Of a stretch of DNA of 49,166 bases, positions 18,048 to 25,861 are shown piece after piece (the first letter of the stretch is position 1; every line of letters starts with the position of its first letter). A program made the position numbers and the translations under genes. The stretch is taken from contig CAYFSI010000004.1 in NCBI GenBank assembly GCA_964345825.1, forward strand, positions 1 to 49,166, read 5' to 3'. Under the pieces are notes generated by a model. That model saw only the letters and a program-made list of their open reading frames with translations. It had not been told where the DNA came from and made no database searches. Source of the stretch: an uncultured Staphylococcaceae bacterium. GTDB lineage: Bacteria; Bacillota_I; Bacilli_A; RFN20; CAG-826.

Positions 18048-19214
18048 ATGAAAAAATTAAATTTCATTATTCTTGCCGCTTCCCTAATTGGAATGACTGC
18101 TTGTGGCGGCGATACTGGTGGCGGTGAGAAAAAATCGTGGTCTGATATAGAAAAAGGTCTCTTAGAAACCTACGCATATGGCGAGGATGTTCCATTCATT
18201 TATTTTGAAGGAAACCAAGAGATGGTCTATGACGAAGACTATGGTTGCTTATCGATCTCTGGTGGTCAAGCTACCGCCGCAGAATTAGAGGCTTATGCTA
18301 CGATTCTTGACTCTTATGGTTATGAAGGGGGATATATTGAAGAATATCTCATCTACGATTTCATCGCAGAAGTAACCACTGAGGAAGGTGCTCGTTATAT
18401 CGAACTTCAATTCTATTGTCTTGATGAGGCTGAAGAAGTTGCTACATCAGGCACATTCTGCCTTGATATCTATGATCCATATTTCTATGTTTGGGGCGAC
18501 ATTCCGTTGTCTGATATCATAGCAACATTCGCTGTTCCTTCTTCATCAGAAGTTCCAGCACTCGTTGGTGCATCTCGCTATGATTTAGTAATGGATTATT
18601 ACCTTTTTGGTTATGATATCCTCGTCGTTGATGCCTATGGGGTCGACGTCGCAACTTGCGAAGCGAGCTATGAAACAGTTTTAGAAACCGCTTCTTGGAC
18701 AGTCGAATACGTTGTTGATGAAGAAAACGGCAATTTTTACAACGCTGTTTCTCCTACTGAAGATTTAAGCATTCAATTCTTCTATGTTCCTGCTATTGAA
18801 GCTTTGGAAATTTGGGTTATTGGTGCCGAACCGGAAGTTGTAGGGGAAGAAAATGTTTTATTCCCAAGTTCTCAAATGGCCACATTTGTTAGTGATGTTC
18901 TTGGAGTAACTGGTGTCACCGTTCCTTCATTAAGCAATAGTCTTGGTGCAATATTCTCATATATCGAAAATGTTGACGATCCAAAACAAGGAACCAATTT
19001 CTACGTCTATGCAGTCGACAACGGAACACCTGGAACCAACTCTTTAGAAGACACTTACAAAGCATTACTTGAAAGCGCTTCTTGGATTAACACCAATGAT
19101 GCCGATTACACTTATGAAGATTATGGATATTTCTACGCTGATGCATCATCTAAAATTGAAGTTCAGTTCTATAGTTATGAGGGATACTTCCAACTTTGGG
19201 TTTACGCTCTTTAA
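18048..19214 (+). CDS. Acidic lipoprotein of unknown function built from three tandem ~115-aa modules
   Basis: Signal peptide plus lipobox MKKLNFIILAASLIGMTAC. Very rich in E, D and Y. Each third contains the recurring signature Y..[IL]L[ED][ST]..[WY]...[IL][EQ][ILV]QF[FY]. Confidence 0.75.
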   Translation: MKKLNFIILAASLIGMTACGGDTGGGEKKSWSDIEKGLLETYAYGEDVPFIYFEGNQEMVYDEDYGCLSISGGQATAAELEAYATILDSYGYEGGYIEEYLIYDFIAEVTTEEGARYIELQFYCLDEAEEVATSGTFCLDIYDPYFYVWGDIPLSDIIATFAVPSSSEVPALVGASRYDLVMDYYLFGYDILVVDAYGVDVATCEASYETVLETASWTVEYVVDEENGNFYNAVSPTEDLSIQFFYVPAIEALEIWVIGAEPEVVGEENVLFPSSQMATFVSDVLGVTGVTVPSLSNSLGAIFSYIENVDDPKQGTNFYVYAVDNGTPGTNSLEDTYKALLESASWINTNDADYTYEDYGYFYADASSKIEVQFYSYEGYFQLWVYAL

Positions 19215-19237
19215 TATTTAGTCGTTAAAACTTATTA

Positions 19238-19270
19238 AACTATTCGCCTCACCGCGAGTAGTTTTTATTT
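19238..19270 (+). terminator. Intrinsic terminator after the lipoprotein gene
   Basis: Stem AAACTATTCGC pairs with GCGAGTAGTTT (one G-U pair), loop CTCACC, then a T-rich tail. Confidence 0.6.
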
Positions 19271-19318
19271 GTTGATAAACAAAATGCCTTTTGCTAGTAT
19301 AAATAAGCGCGAAATATC

Positions 19319-19393
19319 GGACACTTAGTTCAGCGGGAGAACGCTTCCTTCACACGGAAGAGGTCACAGGTTCAATCCCTGTAGTGTCCACCA
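19319..19393 (+). tRNA. tRNA-Val (anticodon CAC), CCA encoded
   Basis: Manual cloverleaf: acceptor GGACACT/AGTGTCC, D stem GTTC/GAAC, anticodon stem CTTCC/GGAAG with loop TTCACAC, T stem ACAGG/CCTGT. Confidence 0.9.
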
Positions 19394-19402
19394 GAAAATA
19401 TT

Positions 19403-19478
19403 GCCTTCTTAGCTCAATTGGCAGAGCAACTGATTTGTAATCAGTAGGTTGTTGGTTCGATTCCGATAGAAGGCACCA
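19403..19478 (+). tRNA. tRNA-Thr (anticodon UGU), CCA encoded
   Basis: Manual cloverleaf: acceptor GCCTTCT/AGAAGGC, D stem GCTC/GAGC, anticodon stem ACTGA/TCAGT with loop TTTGTAA, T loop TTCGATT. Confidence 0.9.
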
Positions 19479-19639
19479 TTTTAATGAAATTCCTTCGTTT
19501 ATTGAACCAAAAAAGGTGCGATTAAGGAGGTTTTTTAATGAAACCTCTAAAAAATTGGCGAGAAACAATCAACTTATTATGTATCCGATTTGTGCATAAA
19601 TTGGTATTCCAGTTATAATAAAATTATAGAGGTAGTTTT

Positions 19640-20659
19640 ATGAAAATATTTATGATAGGTGGAACTGGACTTCTCGGCAGCCAAGCCGCTGCTGAACTGA
19701 TTAAAAGAGGTCATCAAGTTGTTTCTATTGCGTTGCCAGGCATTCCTCTTGGGTCAAAACTTCCAAAAGAAATGGAACTCCACGAGGGCAACTATTTAGA
19801 AATGAACGATGGAGAAATCGTTGCATTAATGAAAGGATGCGAAGGTTTTGTTTTCGCGGCTGGAGTTGATGAAAGAGTGGAAAGCGCACCTCCGATTTAT
19901 GACATGTTTAAAAAGTACAACATCGATGCTTTGGAAAGGCTTTTAAAATTAGCAAAAGCAAATGGTGTCAAACATACAGTTATCTTAGGTTCTTACTTCT
20001 CCTATGCGGCGAAGAAATGGCCAAAGATGAAGCTCACTAAATACCATCACTACATTCGTTCTCGCGTCGACCAAGAGAATATGGCGTTATCTTATGCTGA
20101 TGACCACTTTGATGTTGCGGTTTTGGAACTTCCATATATCTTCGGTACTCAAAAAGGAAGAAAACCAGTTTGGGTCTTTCTCGTTGAGATGATAAGAGGA
20201 ATGAAAGATAAGACATTCTATACCAAGGGTGGAACCACAATGGTAACTGTTAAACAAGTTGGCGAAGGTATTGCTGGAGCCCTTGAGAAGAATAAAGGTG
20301 GAAAGGCCTATCCATTTGGCTACTACAACATGACTTGGGTAGAATTCTTTAAACACGTCCATAGATACATGAATCTTCCAGAAACTCGCCCTGTTATCAC
20401 CATTCCATCATTCCTTACCCTTTCCTCAATGATTAAAATCGAAAAGGAAAGAAAGAAGCATAACATTGAAGGTGGTCTTAACATGGTTAAGTTTCTTAAA
20501 CTTCAAACCACCAATTTATTTATTGACAAAGATGAAGGAGCGACTTTTCTTGGCGTTCAACCAGATGACATTGACGCCGCAATTGGCGAGTCAATTAAAT
20601 TATCTATTGATATCATTGACAAGAAAGCCACTGATATCGTCGACATGGAGAAAGAATAA
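19640..20659 (+). CDS. NAD(P)-dependent epimerase/dehydratase-family (extended SDR) oxidoreductase
   Basis: 339 aa. N-terminal Rossmann motif MIGGTGLLGSQAA. A possible promoter lies just upstream: TTGTGC, 18 nt spacer, TATAAT (about 19589-19620). Confidence 0.7.
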   Translation: MKIFMIGGTGLLGSQAAAELIKRGHQVVSIALPGIPLGSKLPKEMELHEGNYLEMNDGEIVALMKGCEGFVFAAGVDERVESAPPIYDMFKKYNIDALERLLKLAKANGVKHTVILGSYFSYAAKKWPKMKLTKYHHYIRSRVDQENMALSYADDHFDVAVLELPYIFGTQKGRKPVWVFLVEMIRGMKDKTFYTKGGTTMVTVKQVGEGIAGALEKNKGGKAYPFGYYNMTWVEFFKHVHRYMNLPETRPVITIPSFLTLSSMIKIEKERKKHNIEGGLNMVKFLKLQTTNLFIDKDEGATFLGVQPDDIDAAIGESIKLSIDIIDKKATDIVDMEKE

Positions 20660-20670
20660 TCTCCTTAAAT

Positions 20671-20711
20671 AGACTCACTTGAAATAAAAAAACAAGGGCG
20701 AGTCTTTTTTC
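20671..20711 (+). terminator. Intrinsic terminator after the SDR gene
   Basis: Imperfect stem AGACTCACTTG pairing with CAAGGGCGAGTCT, followed by T6. Confidence 0.5.
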
Positions 20712-20753
20712 TTGTTTTTTCTTATGACACCCTATTCTTTTAAGAATAAACAT

Positions 20754-20782
20754 TTGTAATTCTCCCCATTCTTTTCTAAAAT
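20754..20782 (+). promoter_or_regulatory. Sigma-A-type promoter in front of tRNA-Leu
   Basis: TTGTAA (20754-20759), 17 nt spacer, TAAAAT (20777-20782). The -10 element ends 8 nt before the mature tRNA 5' end. Confidence 0.55.
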
Positions 20783-20790
20783 ATCTTTAT

Positions 20791-20875
20791 GCAGCTATGG
20801 CGGAACTGGCAGACGCGCTAGACTTAGGATCTAGTGGGGTGACCCGTACAGGTTCGATTCCTGCTAGCTGCACCA
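20791..20875 (+). tRNA. tRNA-Leu (anticodon UAG), long variable arm, CCA encoded
   Basis: Acceptor GCAGCTA/TAGCTGC, anticodon stem CTAGA/TCTAG with loop CTTAGGA, variable arm TGGGGTGACCCGTAC, T loop TTCGATT. Confidence 0.92.
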
Positions 20876-20930
20876 AAGGATATCATCATGCCAAAGTAAA
20901 ACAATTACACTGGCATGTAAAAAGAAAAAA

Positions 20931-22412
20931 ATGGATACAAACGAAGAATTAGAAAAAAAGGTTGAGCAAATCGCTACTGATGACAATCTTGATGGCAAAA
21001 AGAAAAAGAAAAAAGATGTCATCAAGTATGTTCTTTATCTCATATTTGTCATCGCCGTAACCGCGGGTTCAATTGTTATTGCTCTTTATCAAAACTTTAA
21101 TGAAGTCATTCATCAATTAGCTAGCTGCGATTGGAGATGGTTGCTCGTCGTTTTTGGTATCATGCTTATAGTGGCTTTAATTCGCTCATTCGCTCTTTTT
21201 TGCTTTGCCCGACTATATACTCGAGACTATCGTTTTTATCAAAGCCTTGCCGTTGACCAAATTGGTGTTTTCTATAACTCTGTTACCCCGACGTCTAGCG
21301 GTGGGCAGGTTATGCAAGCTTATACGTATAAGAAACAGGGAATTGCTATTTCTTCTGCCGTATCAATCATGGCCATGTATTCAATTATCTACCAGGTTGT
21401 TCTTATTGCGTATGGAGTCTTATCTTTTATCATCAAATATGATGCCATTAATAGTATTGGTTCCATTAAGTTCCAAATCGCTGATTGGGCCTTTTATTTG
21501 CCTATCTGGCCATTGACAATTATCGGTTTTTTATTAAATCTCAGTGTCATTAGCATTGTTTTATTGATGGGCTATTGGAAACAATTCCATAATTTTGTCA
21601 TGGGGCCAGTTATTTCATTTTTTGCCAAGATTCGCATCATTAAAAATCCAGATAAAAAACGAGAGAGTCTGAGAGTTCAGGTTGAAAACTTCAAGATAGA
21701 AATGAGAAGATTGTTTTCGAACATTCCCTTCACAGTTTTAATAACTTTGAGCTTTTTTATTTTGTTAACTATAAAATACTCCATTCCTTATTTTGTGGGG
21801 TTGGCTCTTGGAAACTTATCAACATCCGCTAACTTTTTTGATGCTGTATTCTTGAGCAACTATCACCAAATGGTTACCGGATTAATTCCTACCCCTGGTT
21901 CAGCTGGAGTTTCGGAATACTTCTTTGCCCGTTTGTTCGTTGCTTCTGGACCAACAGCCGAAAATAGTTTCTATTTCAACGAAGGAACCGCTGAATCTAT
22001 CTTTCAAATTTTTAATTCTGGTGGTGTGACTATGCAACAAGCAATTGCAAAAGCCAATAGTGTGGCCAGCAATTCTATGTCCTCCGCCGCATTGCTTATT
22101 TGGCGGTCACTCACATTTATCATTCCTGTCTTTGTGTCTGGTTTAGTAACTGCATTTTATCGCGCTTCTCCCAAGGATGAGCTTGATACAGTGCCTAATA
22201 GAGAAACCTTTGTCACTCTGCAAAGCCAAACCATGGTGGAGCGAACTGAAAATATGGTCACGATGTTGGAAACTTCAAAACTAAAACGCGAAGAAATTCT
22301 CAAAGCTTTAAGGGGTGGACCAAAAATCAAAAAGAAAATCACTCAAAAAAACGCTAAGGTAAAACATACATTTGATGATGTTAACATTGATCATGAGGAT
22401 GATTCATTGTAA
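20931..22412 (+). CDS. UPF0104 / flippase-like (lysyl-phosphatidylglycerol-synthase TM-domain family) integral membrane protein
   Basis: 493 aa. Lys-rich N-terminus followed by many TM helices. Contains the family-like motif FYNSVTPTSSGGQVMQAYTYKKQGI. Translationally coupled (TAATG) to a GT4 glycosyltransferase. Confidence 0.65.
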   Translation: MDTNEELEKKVEQIATDDNLDGKKKKKKDVIKYVLYLIFVIAVTAGSIVIALYQNFNEVIHQLASCDWRWLLVVFGIMLIVALIRSFALFCFARLYTRDYRFYQSLAVDQIGVFYNSVTPTSSGGQVMQAYTYKKQGIAISSAVSIMAMYSIIYQVVLIAYGVLSFIIKYDAINSIGSIKFQIADWAFYLPIWPLTIIGFLLNLSVISIVLLMGYWKQFHNFVMGPVISFFAKIRIIKNPDKKRESLRVQVENFKIEMRRLFSNIPFTVLITLSFFILLTIKYSIPYFVGLALGNLSTSANFFDAVFLSNYHQMVTGLIPTPGSAGVSEYFFARLFVASGPTAENSFYFNEGTAESIFQIFNSGGVTMQQAIAKANSVASNSMSSAALLIWRSLTFIIPVFVSGLVTAFYRASPKDELDTVPNRETFVTLQSQTMVERTENMVTMLETSKLKREEILKALRGGPKIKKKITQKNAKVKHTFDDVNIDHEDDSL

Positions 22413-23587
22413 TGAAGATTGCGTTGTTAACTGATACCTATCCTCCTTTTATCAATGGTGTTTCGACCTCTTGTTACAACTTGGTCCAAATTCTCAAAAA
22501 ACACGGCAACGATGTCCTTGTTGTTACTCCTCAACACACTGATGGTCCATTAGAAATCAAAGATGGGGTTGTTTATGTGCCAGGAATTGAACTAAAAAAA
22601 CTTTATGGTTATCGAATTACTAAGTTGTATTCGCCAAAAGTTTTTCAAATTATTCGCGACTTTCATCCTGATGTTATCCACAACCAAACCGATTCAACGA
22701 TTGGCCAATTTGCCAAAATTGTGGCTAATAAATTAAAAGCCCCAATTATTTATACCTATCACACATCCTACGAAGATTACACTTATTATGCCACTCATGG
22801 TTATTTTGATCGCCTCGCCAAGCGTATTATTCGAACATACACGATAAATGTTGCTGATAATACGACAGAATTCATTACCCCAAGTTATAAAACCATGCAA
22901 TATCTCAGATATGCTGGAAGTGATATTTATGTTAATATCATCCCCACTGGTATCAATTTTGATTTATTTGGTGATGACAAAGTTGATTTGGCTCGGCAAC
23001 AAGTTTTTAAAAAAGAACATGACATCAAACCAGATAGCAAAGTGTTTTTAATTCTCGGACGTGTCGCCAAAGAAAAGAGCATGGATTTCTCCTTAAAATG
23101 CTTAGCTTTATATCATTCTCGTCACCCTGAACAAGATATTAAAGTAATATTTGTCGGTGGCGGTCCCCAACTTTCTGAATTGAAAGAACTCGTAAAAACT
23201 TTAGGTATTGAAAACATCGTCGATTTTATCGGTCCTGTTTTAGCCAGCGAAGTTCCTTTTTATTATCACATCGCGGACATCTATACCTCGGCCTCTCTCA
23301 CCGAAACTCAGGGTTTAACTTTCATGGAAGCTATGGCCTCAAAAACAATTGTTTTAGCCCGTTTTGACACCAATCTAGCCGAAACAATCATTGATAACGA
23401 AACTGGTTTTTTCTTTCAAGATGAAGAAGACTTTGTTTTAAAAGTTGAGAGAATTTTTGCAATGAAATCTAACGAATTAGATCATATTAAAGAAGCCGCA
23501 ATTAAAATCTGCGACACTTATTCCTTAGAAAAATTTTATGATCGCATCATGGAGGTATACCGTCGTGCCATCCGCAAACACTGGTAA
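22412..23587 (+). CDS. GT4-family glycosyltransferase, probable diacylglycerol glycosyltransferase (glycolipid synthase)
   Basis: 391 aa. The N-terminus MKIALLTDTYPPFINGVSTS resembles monoglucosyl-DAG synthases. EX7E region ETQGLTFMEAMAS. Confidence 0.75.
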   Translation: MKIALLTDTYPPFINGVSTSCYNLVQILKKHGNDVLVVTPQHTDGPLEIKDGVVYVPGIELKKLYGYRITKLYSPKVFQIIRDFHPDVIHNQTDSTIGQFAKIVANKLKAPIIYTYHTSYEDYTYYATHGYFDRLAKRIIRTYTINVADNTTEFITPSYKTMQYLRYAGSDIYVNIIPTGINFDLFGDDKVDLARQQVFKKEHDIKPDSKVFLILGRVAKEKSMDFSLKCLALYHSRHPEQDIKVIFVGGGPQLSELKELVKTLGIENIVDFIGPVLASEVPFYYHIADIYTSASLTETQGLTFMEAMASKTIVLARFDTNLAETIIDNETGFFFQDEEDFVLKVERIFAMKSNELDHIKEAAIKICDTYSLEKFYDRIMEVYRRAIRKHW

Positions 23588-24365
23588 AATCATCACTAAA
23601 ATCAAAATCAACAAGAATGATGTCAGTCTTTATTTTGGCAAGAAAAAAATAACGATATCAAATGATGCCTACCTTCTTTCTTATCTCTATGTTGGAAAAA
23701 CTATGAGCAAGAAAGAAATATCCATTCTTGTTGAATGTTCGCAAAGGGCAAAATTATTTAACTATGCAATGTCCATCCTAAAAAAAGGGCATTACACCGA
23801 ATGGAAGATGAGAGAAAAGCTTTATGCTAAAGAGGCCACCAAGCCGATTGTTGATTCAATTATTTTTAAACTTAAAGAGATAGATTTAATTAATGATAAG
23901 ATGTTCTTGGAGGATTATATTTGCTTCGCCGAAGAAAAAGGTTATGGAAAGAATCGGATTTTAAAGGATTTACAGGAAAAAGGTATCTTTCTTCAAGATT
24001 TAAAAAAGATAAAATTTTCCGAAACCAGTGAAAGAAAGAAAGCTCGTCAACAAGTTGAAAAGAATGATTCAAAAATGGCTCGTCTTTCCTTTGAGAAGCG
24101 AAAGCAAAAACATTATCAACACCTTTTAGCATATGGTTTTGATTCTGCTCTCGCTCTTGAAGTTATTAACAAAACATTGGTAGATAAACCTAAAGAAGAA
24201 CAAGAAAACTTAAAGAAAGATTATCAAAGAGTCGTTCAAAGATTAGCGACAAAGTATGAGGGGTTGGAATTGAGAAACCACATACTTACTACTCTCAAAA
24301 ACAAAGGTTATCGATATACAAATATCGTGAAAATGATGGAGGAGATTCAATATGGCAATGATTAA
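23565..24365 (+). CDS. recX: RecX-family regulatory protein
   Basis: 266 aa from the GTG at 23565, with GGAGG 9 nt upstream. The ORF-track ATG at 23538 has no RBS. The layout resembles Bacillota RecX: ITKIKINKNDVSLYFGKKKITIS, then repeated helical modules (YAMSILKKGHYTEWKMREKL...). Confidence 0.6.
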   Translation: MPSANTGKIITKIKINKNDVSLYFGKKKITISNDAYLLSYLYVGKTMSKKEISILVECSQRAKLFNYAMSILKKGHYTEWKMREKLYAKEATKPIVDSIIFKLKEIDLINDKMFLEDYICFAEEKGYGKNRILKDLQEKGIFLQDLKKIKFSETSERKKARQQVEKNDSKMARLSFEKRKQKHYQHLLAYGFDSALALEVINKTLVDKPKEEQENLKKDYQRVVQRLATKYEGLELRNHILTTLKNKGYRYTNIVKMMEEIQYGND

Positions 24366-25287
24366 TGAGTTTGTCGATGGAACACGAATTAGCGGGCAAT
24401 TTCTAGTTGGCAACGTCACGAAGGGAACCAATAACTTTGGTGCAATATACTTAACGATTGAGTTTCGCGATGCATCTGGCTCAATTAATGGCAAAAAATG
24501 GGATTCTACTGAAGAAGATGAAGCCTTATATGTAACGGGCAATGTCGTTTTTCTTGAAGCGGAAGTATTGAAGTATAAGGATTCCTTACAATTAAAAATA
24601 TTATCTGGCAAATTAGTAGTGATGGATGAAATTGATGTCAGCAAATTTGTCAAAGCCCCTCCCATTCCTTTTGAAGAGTTATGGAAAACATTTGCGTATT
24701 ATGTCGATTCCATTAAGGATCTTGATTGTCGAAAGATACTTTCCCATTTTATCAAAAAATACGATGCTAAACTTCGCGTCTATCCCGCGGGGGTCAGCAT
24801 CCATCATGAATACGCCAGTGGACTCTTGGTTCATGTGACGACAATGGCGAAAATTGCTGATTATCTCGCTCCTTTATATGATGATGTTAATCGAGATGTT
24901 CTTTTGACCGGCGTGTTGCTACATGACTTTGGTAAAATGGACGAGTTTGAAGGGCCAGTTGTTTATCGTTACACATTAGAAGGAAAACTCCTTGGTCATA
25001 TTACTATGATGGTCAGCGAAATTCGCAAGATTGCGGAAGCCGATCATATCACCAGTGAAATTCCTCTTCTTCTTGAACATATGGTTCTTTCTCATCATGG
25101 TAACCCTGAATTTGGTTCTCCTGTTGTTCCGCTTACTAAAGAAGCTCTTCTTCTTTCAATGATTGATAATTTAGATAGCAAGATGGTGATTGCTTGCAAA
25201 GCATTAGAGCAAGTGAAACCGGGTGAATTCTCACAAAGAGTCTTCCCTCTTGATGGGCGAACACTGTATCAACCTCTAAAGAAGTAA
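24352..25287 (+). CDS. yhaM: 3'-5' exoribonuclease YhaM (OB-fold plus HD domain)
   Basis: 311 aa. N-terminal OB fold (ISGQFLVGNVTKGTNNFGAIYLTIEFRDASGSINGKKWD) and HD-domain motifs HHEYASGLLVH, LLHDFGK and SHHG. Confidence 0.8.
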   Translation: MAMINEFVDGTRISGQFLVGNVTKGTNNFGAIYLTIEFRDASGSINGKKWDSTEEDEALYVTGNVVFLEAEVLKYKDSLQLKILSGKLVVMDEIDVSKFVKAPPIPFEELWKTFAYYVDSIKDLDCRKILSHFIKKYDAKLRVYPAGVSIHHEYASGLLVHVTTMAKIADYLAPLYDDVNRDVLLTGVLLHDFGKMDEFEGPVVYRYTLEGKLLGHITMMVSEIRKIAEADHITSEIPLLLEHMVLSHHGNPEFGSPVVPLTKEALLLSMIDNLDSKMVIACKALEQVKPGEFSQRVFPLDGRTLYQPLKK

Positions 25288-25289
25288 AA

Positions 25290-25329
25290 ATAATCCCTTC
25301 CGAACTTGCGTTTAGGAGGGATTTTTTTA
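25290..25329. terminator. Bidirectional intrinsic terminator between yhaM and the HIT gene
   Basis: Stem AATCCCTTCC pairs with GGAGGGATT. It has an A run upstream and T7 downstream. Confidence 0.65.
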
Positions 25330-25743
25330 TTAGAGATTTTTAGTTATTTCTTCTGCCAAAGCAGGGAGATTTAATCCATCGGGATGAGACTTCATTTCCA
25401 ATTGGAAGCCTTCTTTTTCTTCATAGCGTGGAATGACATGAACATGGAAGTGTTTAACGCTTTGACCTGCGGCATCATAACAATTAGTGAGAATATTGAC
25501 ACCCCTTGCTCCGAGATACTTAATTTCCACTTGGCCGATTCTTTGAGCGACATCCATCACTTTATGCATTAATTCTTGAGGAGTGGAAAGAAAGTTATCG
25601 CAATGCTTTTTTGGAATCACCAAAGCATGTCCTTTGGTTACCTGACTAATATCAAGGAAAGCGATTACATCATAATCCTCATACAGTTTATAGCAGGGAA
25701 TCTCTCCGTTAGCTATTTTACAATAAACATCATTTTCTTTCAT
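25330..25743 (-). CDS. HIT-family (histidine triad) nucleotide hydrolase
   Basis: 137 aa. Histidine triad HFHVHVIP. Confidence 0.9.
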   Translation of the reverse strand: MKENDVYCKIANGEIPCYKLYEDYDVIAFLDISQVTKGHALVIPKKHCDNFLSTPQELMHKVMDVAQRIGQVEIKYLGARGVNILTNCYDAAGQSVKHFHVHVIPRYEEKEGFQLEMKSHPDGLNLPALAEEITKNL

Positions 25744-25807
25744 AATGAGCTCCTTATTTCCTTACGTATATTATATCGAATAATGTATATGGCGATAATA
25801 TGCTTTA

Positions 25808-25837
25808 ATAAAAAAGACCAGATTTTGAGTCTGGTCT
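25808..25837 (-). terminator. Intrinsic terminator after the lipoprotein pair (minus strand)
   Basis: Perfect 8-bp stem AGACCAGA pairing with TCTGGTCT, followed on the minus strand by T6. Confidence 0.8.
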
Positions 25838-25861
25838 AAATTTAATTTGGATAGATTTTTA

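Noticed and set aside
19525-19618. 26-codon ORF (MKPLKNWRETINLLCIRFVHKLVFQL) with a perfect AAGGAGG 7 nt upstream, located after tRNA-Thr. Its SD and ATG lie in a 7-bp hairpin, GAGGTTT pairing with AAACCTC.
   Set aside because: I do not recognise the peptide, so I cannot judge whether it is conserved. The likely promoter of the downstream SDR gene (TTGTGC, 18 nt spacer, TATAAT) lies inside it. The SD-like string may simply be one arm of a structural hairpin at the end of the tRNA transcript. It is worth a look only if ribosome profiling or conservation supports it.
22674-22682. Perfect DnaA box TTATCCACA. A replication origin might also be expected near mnmG-rsmG-soj-parB.
   Set aside because: It is a single box inside the GT4 coding sequence. 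There is no cluster of boxes, no AT-rich unwinding element and no dnaA or dnaN gene in the window. Gene orientation does not switch, so oriC is not here.
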